Assembly: GCF_006345805.1 (NCBI RefSeq)
Contig: NW_021829449.1
Coordinates: 1 to 6,085 of the forward strand
Reading direction: 5' to 3'
Length of the DNA: 6,085 nt
Source of the DNA: Octopus sinensis
Taxonomy: Eukaryota
Of the stretch, positions 1-6,085 are shown in pieces. Within the stretch, counting starts at the first letter, position 1. The number at the start of each line of letters is the position of its first letter. The notes beneath the pieces are model-generated. The model made no database searches. It worked only from the letters and a program-made list of their open reading frames with translations, and was not told the DNA's origin. Made by a program: the position numbers and the translations under genes.

Positions 1-396
1 TTTAGAGAATTGATACATCTTTATTGGGATAATTTGACCTATTTTAAGTTGGGCGATGTGTGACAGTGCGATGCGGTTTTGATACAGACCGTGATCCGAT
101 GGCCATATCTCCTTGTGATCCGAGAGGTTTGGACATAAGCATTTTAAAACATGATTTTTGAATACTAAATAGCAATAACTTTACGGAATTTTACTTATGC
201 TGTTAACTTTCAACAATTCGGCAACTCTTTTACGGTTTCATTTATTGCTTTTGGGTATTTTAAAGCAATGATTAAACTTACTTGCATGGTAAACATCCCC
301 AGTGGTGTCATTTCTGTTGTTGTTGCTGTAATTAGCAGTAATCGTACTAATAAATATTGTTGTTGTAGTGTATAATTTTCATATCTATTATTACAG

Positions 397-580
397 CCTG
401 TATGCCGATTCGCAATATCAATGAACGGTGCTAAACTGAAGACTGAAAGGTCCTGCAGCACATACAGAAAATGTGTTGAAGCTATGAGAAACAATACCCT
501 TACATGCAATAAACGGACGAATGGCACGTCTTGTACTGGTTGTTGCGTCGGACACTTATGTAACAAGAATGATTTCATTG
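397..580 (+). CDS. Internal coding exon A: C-terminal part of a Ly6/uPAR (LU, three-finger) domain, LYPD6-like cysteine spacing
   Basis: Acceptor tattattacAG at 395-396 and donor TTG|GTAAGT at 581. 184 nt, phase 0 to 1. Translates PVCRFAISMNGAKLKTERSCSTYRKCVEAMRNNTLTCNKRTNGTSCTGCCVGHLCNKNDFI(G). Cys pattern C-x16-C-x5-C-x10-C-x8-C-x2-CC-x4-CN, ending in the diagnostic LU motif CC-x4-CN. Sequons NNT and NGT. Overlaps ORF 421..639. Confidence 0.88.
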
Positions 581-704
581 GTAAGTGTTATTTATTGTCT
601 AATATAACACTAACAAGTTTATTACAAATTGATAGTTAATAAGAACATTTTATAGTAATTAATATACGGGAAAATATTTTGATGTGTGTATACTGTTTGC
701 AATG

Positions 705-764
705 CTCTCTCTCCCTCTCTTCCTCTCCCCCTCTCTCTCTCTCTAACACACACACACACTCACA
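705..764. repeat. Compound (CT)n-(CA)n microsatellite
   Basis: Imperfect ctctct run 705-744 followed by acacac run 746-764. Confidence 0.95.
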
Positions 765-1056
765 GATGGAATCAAACACCACGCCATGAAGGAAAAGAAT
801 AAAAGAGAGCACTTTTGGCGTGTGAGCAAAATATTGGTTAGAAAGCTGAATGCCTGGAACATAATTTCGGCGATAAACTCGCACGCAGTCGCAGTAGTTC
901 GGAATGACGCTGGAAAACTGAAGTGGACAGAGGAGAAGCTAAAGGAGTTGGACAGGAAGTCAAGAAAGGTCCTATCGATGTATGGAACCAATCATCCATG
1001 TGCAGGCATTGATAGCCGATACACGAAGAGAGCGACAGGAAGAAAGGGAATGATAA

Positions 1057-1061
<5 letters not shown>
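762..1061 (+). mobile_element. Fragment of an R4/Dong/Rex6-clade (RLE-type) non-LTR retrotransposon, region C-terminal to the RT core (thumb)
   Basis: Open frame DGIKHHAMKEKNKREHFWRVSKILVRKLNAWNIISAINSHAVAVVRNDAGKLKWTEEKLKELDRKSRKVLSMYGTNHPCAGIDSRYTKRATGRKGMISV. It follows the motif order typical of this clade (MKEKI..EY.RR..KIL.SKLN..N...AIN..AV.V.RY.AG...WT..EL..LDRKTRK.L.M.G..HP....DRLY..R..GG.GL.SV). Both ends stop at microsatellites, and the YIYIYI tail of ORF 786..1112 is (TA)n. Confidence 0.88.

Positions 1062-1111
<50 letters not shown>
1062..1111. repeat. (TA)25 microsatellite
   Basis: Perfect TA run. Confidence 0.97.
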
Positions 1112-1115
<4 letters not shown>

Positions 1116-1120
1116 TTATT

Positions 1121-1280
1121 ATTTGAGTGAATAAAATCCAAACTTACAAGGGAAAAATTAAATTTAGAAATACTAAATCAAATTTCACACATTATAAGAT
1201 ATATATAAAAAATTAAAATAAAAAAAACAGCTTTTATCAATTCAAAATGAACAATTAAATTACACCATCTAGAAAATTAC
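1121..1280. repeat. Probable AT-rich interspersed repeat fragment (unclassified)
   Basis: Segment atttgagtgaataaaatcc...agcttttatcaa...aattaaattacaccatctagaaaattac resembles a dispersed repeat I recall from octopus genomic DNA. Recognition only, no internal proof. Confidence 0.3.
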
Positions 1281-1522
1281 ATATAATAGAAATATAAAAA
1301 ATAAATAACAATTAAATGTCAATGCTTAAGTAAATTGCAAATAATAATAATAATAAAAACGTATATAATAGGTAGAATAAGAATAATATATATATATATA
1401 GTATTTTAAGTGTATATGTGATTATGAATGTATATTTTTGTCTACGTATGTGGGTTTTATGTGCATCTATGACGTGTGTCTCATTTATAAACGCAGCGAT
1501 TATTTTCTATATCAATCCATAG

Positions 1523-1604
1523 GCTGGACCAAATCCCTCGTATTTCGTTTGATTTTTAAAAAGTTCAACGAATATAAAATCCCGCTGAGAACATATCAAG
1601 AGCC
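1523..1604 (+). CDS. Internal coding exon B: N-terminal part of SEA-like domain; apparent 1-nt deletion near 1576-1583
   Basis: Acceptor tattttctatatcaatccatAG (1521-1522) and donor GCC|GTGAGT (1605). Phase-1 start matches exon A: (G)WTKSLVFRLIFKKFNEYKI... As sequenced it continues PLRTYQE (82 nt, phase-2 end). With +1 nt it continues xAENISRA and ends in phase 0, matching exon C. Confidence 0.78.
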
Positions 1605-1621
1605 GTGAGTAGATATCTGCC

Positions 1622-1737
1622 CTCTCTCTCTCTTTCTCCGTACACAGACGCGCGTGCGCGCACACATATGCACTGAACATGCGCACTCCTGCATACACAT
1701 ACACACTCTCACGCACACACACACACACACATGCATA
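1622..1737. repeat. (CT)n followed by degenerate (CA/CG/TG)n alternating purine-pyrimidine tract
   Basis: ctctctctctct at 1622-1633, acgcgcgtgcgcgcacacatatgcac at 1648-1673, (CA)n at about 1714-1731. Confidence 0.9.
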
Positions 1738-1976
1738 TTTTATAGAAGAAATGTGAAACGTCAAATAAATAGTGAGGTTTCATGAAATTCAGACAATCAA
1801 CTCCATTTACTGATAGTAAACTATTACATAAAACTTTCTTTTTTAACTTACTGAATTTTTGCTGGTCAATAAAAAGACTGTTCTATCCACTATTTTGTCT
1901 TTATATATTCCGTCTTATAATTTCCGATTCTGACAGTAAATAAAATCCTACTCAAATATTCACTAATCTTGTGTTT

Positions 1977-2001
1977 ACACACACACACACACACACACAC
2001 A

Positions 2002-2048
<47 letters not shown>

Positions 2049-2057
2049 ACACACACA
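1977..2057. repeat. (CA)n microsatellite
   Basis: About 40 AC units with two interruptions. Explains the HTHT/CVCV ORFs. Confidence 0.97.
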
Positions 2058-2206
2058 TAAGAACATATGTAATCACACACTTCCTTTTGGTAATATTTTT
2101 CTTCTCAACATTTTCGTTTTCCTTTCTGAAAAAGAGATATGCTCGGAACATTAAAAACCCTCTCATTTCCCCCACTTTACCGAGTGTCAAGCTAATATAT
2201 TTATAC

Positions 2207-2519
2207 ATAATTATATTCTCAAACGCAGGATAATGCTAATAGTATAGCATGAACAGGATAAAGTATTCACATGTTGCCGAAAACTCTGTCGGCGGCCAGA
2301 TTACGCGTCTTATAAAGCTAGATGTATATAGCCTAACTTTGCAGAAGTATTTGTCGTTCGCGCAGTTTAGCTTAATGGTAAAGCACTTGAAGCGTAATCA
2401 CAGGGGTGTGAGGTGTAGTCACATAGCTGGCTGACGACAGATTTATCTGCAAATTATGGATATTTCATGCGGTTCACGTTATATCATTAGCATTATCCTG
2501 CGTTTCAGAATAAAATTAT
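2207..2519. mobile_element. Fold-back / MITE-like element with ~100-bp imperfect terminal inverted repeats
   Basis: 2207-2254 matches the reverse complement of 2472-2519 at 42/48 nt, including a perfect 20-mer (aaacgcaggataatgctaat 2221-2240 vs attagcattatcctgcgttt 2486-2505). Weaker complementarity continues inward to ~2310/~2416 (tctgtcggcggccag vs ctggctgacgacaga). No clear TSD. Confidence 0.8.
2361..2432 (+). pseudogene. Degenerate tRNA-like sequence (tRNA-Thr(CGT)-like pseudogene or tRNA-derived SINE head)
   Basis: Canonical 72-nt layout: cgcagtt-TA-GCTT-aatggta-AAGC-a-cttga-agCGTaa-tcaca-ggggt-gtgag-gtgtagt-cacat-agctggc-t. D stem is perfect 4 bp with GG in the loop (A box tagcttaatgg). 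Acceptor stem pairs 5/7, anticodon stem 3/5, T stem 4/5. U33 and the TTCRA B box are decayed. Confidence 0.62.
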
Positions 2520-2580
2520 TTCTTTATTTTTCAATACATCTCAACGCTTTTAAATCAAGCTTTGTTTCTTGAATTTAATG

Positions 2581-2583
<3 letters not shown>

Positions 2584-2617
<34 letters not shown>
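2584..2617. repeat. (TA)17 microsatellite
   Basis: Perfect TA run ending 18 nt before the start of exon C. Confidence 0.97.
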
Positions 2618-2622
<5 letters not shown>

Positions 2623-2635
2623 CCGGCTTTTTCAG

Positions 2636-2688
2636 ATTGAGCATGACCTTTCAACCGTGACGGGAACATTTAGAGTTGAAGACTGTGG
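2636..2688 (+). CDS. Short internal coding exon C (53 nt): middle of SEA-like domain
   Basis: Acceptor ggctttttcAG (2634-2635) and donor TGG|GTAAGC (2689). Phase-0 reading gives IEHDLSTVTGTFRVEDC+GG. Its phase-2 end joins exon D in frame (GG|C TCA = Gly-Ser). Confidence 0.78.
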
Positions 2689-2901
2689 GTAAGCAAATGC
2701 TTCTAACACATTTATTCAAATTTATTTGCTTTTGTTCCAAACATTCGATTTTATCGCATGTATTATACGTCACAATAATCAACAGTGTTGTACTTGTGAC
2801 CCAGAATATACTAATTCATACATTCAATGAAATGTTTAAGTGTTTTATCCATGTTTTATTATACAAAGGACACACAAACCCATATAAAGATACAGAGAGA
2901 A

Positions 2902-2904
<3 letters not shown>

Positions 2905-2947
<43 letters not shown>

Positions 2948-2954
2948 CAGTATA

Positions 2955-2987
<33 letters not shown>

Positions 2988-3103
2988 CAGATATACATAT
3001 ACATACATACCTATCTATATATATATATATATATAATATATATATATATATTAATATATTATATATATACATAAATATATATTATATATACATATATATA
3101 CAT
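2905..3103. repeat. Long imperfect (TA)n/(TACA)n microsatellite
   Basis: About 200 nt of interrupted TA runs. Source of the YIYI ORFs. Confidence 0.96.
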
Positions 3104-3260
3104 ACGCATTGAGTCGAAACAGGAGCATCTGAAGAAGGGGAATGTTCCTTGTATTGTTTGTCTTGTACTCTGTTTTTTCGTTGTTGAAAAGAGTCCGTTT
3201 CCTTGTTTGATTTCATGTTTTCTCGTTGTGTTCTACGCTTTTTTGTGGTGTCCTGTACTC
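3104..3260. repeat. Probable interspersed repeat fragment between two TA tracts (unclassified, possibly Penelope-related)
   Basis: gagcatctgaagaaggggaatgttcc...T-rich...gtgtcctgtactcatatat resembles a dispersed octopus repeat from memory. Not verifiable here. Confidence 0.3.
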
Positions 3261-3440
3261 ATATATATATGTATATATACGTATAGATGTAGGTATGTAC
3301 ATATATGTATGTATGTATGCATATGTTTTATTTATTAAATTGCTGTATATATATGTATATATATATACATACATATACATCACACATATATATACACACA
3401 TATATATACACACACATATATGGGTGTGTATATATATATA
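3261..3440. repeat. Degenerate (TA)/(TATG)/(CATA) simple-repeat tract
   Basis: Low-complexity alternating tract. Confidence 0.92.
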
Positions 3441-3519
3441 AATTGAGGTGGGTATCGGCAATTTGAAACCAACAAGGAAATAATTCACAGTCACTAAGTG
3501 TGAAAAGAGTGCAGTGAGC

Positions 3520-3822
3520 ACCAGCATTATTAGAAATATTAGTCATAGACTCCTTAGCCACAAAAAGACATATGGTCTGTTTGCATTGACAGTGGGGAGA
3601 CCATTCCCACGGTAAGCCAGATGGATTAGATTAGCATGGTAATTTCTTATAGGAAGTTAATACTCATCAGCAATGCTCACTCCATTACGGCTGGTGGAGG
3701 CTAATTCACGCCTCTCAGTATCATTGAGAATGCCATAGGAATTAGGGACTGATTTCACAAAATGGCAATGTGAAGATTATAAAATATTGAAGGTAGCTAA
3801 CACACATTTTAAAACCAACCAG
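3520..3822 (+). mobile_element. Possible highly decayed LINE apurinic-endonuclease (APE/EEP) remnant
   Basis: LKVANTHFK at 3787-3813 resembles the L.I.NT.F motif of RTE/CR1-type endonucleases. Upstream pieces ISHRLLS and ITAGG/ANSRL resemble the ISxRL and I.GGDFNA motifs in the expected order, but are broken by stops and frameshifts. Confidence 0.35.
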
Positions 3823-3823
3823 G

Positions 3824-3827
<4 letters not shown>

Positions 3828-3880
<53 letters not shown>
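3828..3880. repeat. (TA)26 microsatellite
   Basis: Perfect TA run abutting the SINE tail. Confidence 0.97.
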
Positions 3881-3884
<4 letters not shown>

Positions 3885-4288
3885 CTCTCTCACTTTTTCT
3901 CTCTTTTACTTGTTTCAGTCATTTGACTGCGGCCATGCTGGAGCACCACCTTTAATCGAGCAAATCGACTCCGGGACTTATTCTTTGTAAGCCCAGTACT
4001 AATTCTGTCGGTCTCTTTTGCCGAACCGCTAAGTGACGGGGAGTAAACACACCAGCAATGCTTGGGAGACAAACACAGACACACAAACACACACACATAC
4101 ACACACACACACATATATATACATATATACGACAGGCTTCTTTCAGTTTCCGTCTAACAAATCCACTCACAAGGCATTGGTCGGCCCGGAGCTATAGCAG
4201 AAGACACTAGCCCAAGATGCCACGCAGTGGGACTGAACCCGGAACCATGTGGTTGGTTAGCAAGCTACTTACCACACAGCCACTCCTG
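3885..4288 (-). mobile_element. tRNA-derived CORE-type SINE (octopus OR-type family), near full length
   Basis: On the minus strand: head CAGGAGTGGCTGTGTGGTAAG with A box (+4272-4282) and B box GGTTCAGTCCC (+4229-4239), then CORE-like GGCATCTTGGGCTAGTGTCTT (+4201-4221). Internal (TG)n at +4069-4129, 3' body ...CCAGCATGGCCGCAGTCAAATGACTGAAACAAGTAAAAGAG and an AG-rich tail. Flanked by tatatgtat at 3876-3884 and 4289-4297 (possible TSD). Confidence 0.9.
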
Positions 4289-4802
4289 TATATGTATAAA
4301 TACATATATAAAGTGTATTCAAAGATTTATGCAGGGGGTGAAGACCTTCATGTGCATTTCTTAGTGGACGAATATATTCTTAAGACCAACTTTTAGTCAC
4401 CCGCTTGTAGTTCGAGCCTTCTTCACTAATTCTGTTCTCAACCATATTGAATGCGGTTATTTTAGCTATGATAATCCAATCCTGAGCTATATTTGAATAT
4501 AGTGATAGAAAGCGATGTGAAAGACAGTGGTGATGGTTGTGGAGGGGGAAGTGATGAAAAGTATTGATGGTGATGGCGTCAGAAGTCTGGATGGCGTGTG
4601 TATTGCAGATATGGTGGCGATGGTGGTGGTACTGTTGTTTATCATGAAGCTTTGCAATAAGTTCCGAGTCGACAAATTATATCATTGCTTTGATGAAAAT
4701 TGTTCATTGCTTGAGAAATATTCATGTTTCATGAAATTTAATATGTACTCAATGCATGGTGTCATTGTTGGACCAAGGATTAACAGGGCAGCTTTTAAAC
4801 GA

Positions 4803-4805
<3 letters not shown>

Positions 4806-4860
<55 letters not shown>

Positions 4861-4926
4861 ATGTATGTATATTTCTAGCTAGCTAGCTAGCTACATACAT
4901 ACATACATACCGACATACATGTATGT
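4806..4926. repeat. Compound (TA)n-(ATGT)n-(CTAG)n-(TACA)n simple repeat
   Basis: TA run 4806-4858, (CTAG)4 at 4875-4890, (TACA)n at 4892-4910. Confidence 0.95.
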
Positions 4927-4944
4927 ATTTATTTTTTATTTCAG

Positions 4945-5099
4945 CTCAAACAGAAATAAAATATTTGCTATTTACTGTACAGTATTTAGCGAAATGACTG
5001 AAAGTCAACTGCGGCGCAATATCTCCCAAGTTTTGAACAAATCCCAGGAATTGCTTAACTTAGGAGTTAAGAAAAGCCACATGAAATTCATTGATGAAA
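4945..5099 (+). CDS. Internal coding exon D: C-terminal half of SEA-like domain
   Basis: Strong acceptor atttattttttatttcAG (4943-4944) and donor AAA|GTAAGT (5100). 155 nt, phase 2 to 1. Translates SNRNKIFAIYCTVFSEMTESQLRRNISQVLNKSQELLNLGVKKSHMKFIDE, a strand / amphipathic helix / L..LGV.....F pattern like SEA C-termini. Sequons NIS and NKS. Lies within ORF 4919..5122. Exon status is well supported; the SEA label is inference. Confidence 0.8.
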
Positions 5100-5220
5100 G
5101 TAAGTATCGTGTTTCTTATTAATTTAATCATCATTACCGTCATAATTAGCTTCATCAATCACCAACCTCTTAGTCGTTGTCGTCATCATCAACCACAGAA
5201 GATGATACCAAGCACACAGA

Positions 5221-5254
5221 CTCTCTCTCCCTCTCTCTCTCTCTCTCACACACA
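5221..5254. repeat. (CT)n-(CA)n microsatellite
   Basis: ctctctctccctctctctctctctctcacacaca. Confidence 0.95.
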
Positions 5255-5875
5255 ACTATTTATTTACATTTTCTCAACGCTTGGATAATTTAAAAAAAAA
5301 GCATTTTATTTTGCGCTTTTCCGTTTCTTGTCCCTACGGAACTGTTTGTCTTTGCTCAGTTTCTTTTTAATTATACCAATTAACCGAGGGCAAAAATGTT
5401 TTCTTCTAATTTTGTATAGAAGTAGAAGATGCAGACTCTAATGGGCAGAAAAATTCAAACAATTCCAGTACTTGCTTTAATTCAAACAGGAAAACTATTT
5501 AGTGCTGCAAATAATTTTCCTCAGCGAAAATTCATTTCGTACGAAGTGATCAAGTTAATTTTTACATTAGGATCGATAGATACACACACACAGCTCATAC
5601 GATTTAAACAGTGTCTAAGGGATATAAGAGAGGAACAAATCATATCCCATTGCCGGAAAAGGATATATTTTCACTTCGTTTCCATTCATTTCATTTTACC
5701 ATCGCCAAATCAATATAACATCTACCCATTTCTAGCGTACATTAGGTTTTGCGCTTCCGGTCAGTATGTCTAAAGAGTGATCAATATATTGACGAAATTC
5801 AACACTAGAGGCCGCGAAACAGACTAGCATTCTGAGTAGTCATATCCCGTAACCAGTTATATATTGCTCGAGAAA

Positions 5876-5981
5876 ATATAAAATATATATATATACATAT
5901 GCACACACCTCTATTTCTATTTTATTTATTGATTTTAAAAATATATAAGAAAATATATATATAAGAATATATATATATATA
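5876..5981. repeat. Degenerate TA-rich low-complexity tract
   Basis: Several short (TA)n runs. Confidence 0.85.
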
Positions 5982-6085
5982 ATCTACAGGATCTCAAGTA
6001 GTTATGCAGTTTCAATCGGCTAAATTTAATTGAACAATACAAAAATTACATCAATTTAAATGCAATGCCATCTTCAGCTGCATAA

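Noticed and set aside
91-123. 9-bp direct repeat gtgatccga (91-99, 115-123)
   Set aside because: Only two short copies; not an array and compatible with chance or an old repeat.
210-578. 122-aa minus-strand ORF
   Set aside because: Antisense shadow of exon A plus (TGT)n low-complexity sequence, with no recognisable motif.
421-639. ORF read as a stand-alone small three-finger toxin gene
   Set aside because: No signal peptide, the N-terminal LU cysteines are missing, and strong splice sites at 396/581 show it is an internal exon; the ATG at 421 is internal.
3113-3148. GAAAC ... CTGAAGA plus stem, possible hammerhead ribozyme
   Set aside because: Only ~10 nt separate GAAA from CUGA and no GAAA follows the stem, so no hammerhead topology can be built.
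2676-3561. Multiple YIYI/CVCV-rich ORFs (also 1507-1764, 1969-2208, 3787-4170)
   Set aside because: Artefacts of stop-free TA/CA microsatellites and SINE sequence.
3653-3822. Candidate exon (ttcttatAG ... CAG|GTAATT)
   Set aside because: The stretch is interrupted by stop codons, and no exon is needed between C and D because they already join in frame.
4487-4886. 119-aa + ORF and 62-aa - ORF
   Set aside because: Decayed (TGG/TGA)n low-complexity sequence running into (TA)n, with no domain signal.
5420-5773. Possible next exon after ttttgtatAG (5418-5419) and 114-aa ORF 5429..5773
   Set aside because: The phase-1 reading stops after ~27 low-information codons with no good donor. The long ORF is in a different frame and has no recognisable motif.
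1-6085. CRISPR array or prokaryotic/viral system
   Set aside because: No regularly spaced repeat-spacer structure or operon-like gene density. The sequence is clearly spliceosomal-intron-containing animal DNA.

Overview
AT-rich, microsatellite-dense eukaryotic genomic DNA, very probably Octopus (coleoid cephalopod); this is judged from a tRNA-headed CORE-type SINE at 3885-4288 that I recognise as the abundant octopus OR-type family, not from a database search. The window is mostly intron. Four GT-AG exons on the + strand (397-580, 1523-1604, 2636-2688, 4945-5099) are missed or only partly captured by the ORF track. They encode the C-terminal part of a Ly6/uPAR (LU, three-finger) domain (CC-x4-CN) followed by a divergent SEA-like alpha/beta domain, i.e. 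part of a glycosylated ectodomain, possibly of an adhesion GPCR (inference). The exon chain is 1 nt out of frame between exon B and exon C (assembly indel, pseudogenisation, or a poison exon whose skipping restores frame). The introns hold a stop-free R4/Dong-clade retrotransposon fragment with in-frame cryptic splice signals, a ~313-bp fold-back element enclosing a decayed tRNA-Thr(CGT)-like cloverleaf, a SINE, a possible LINE endonuclease remnant and many simple repeats.
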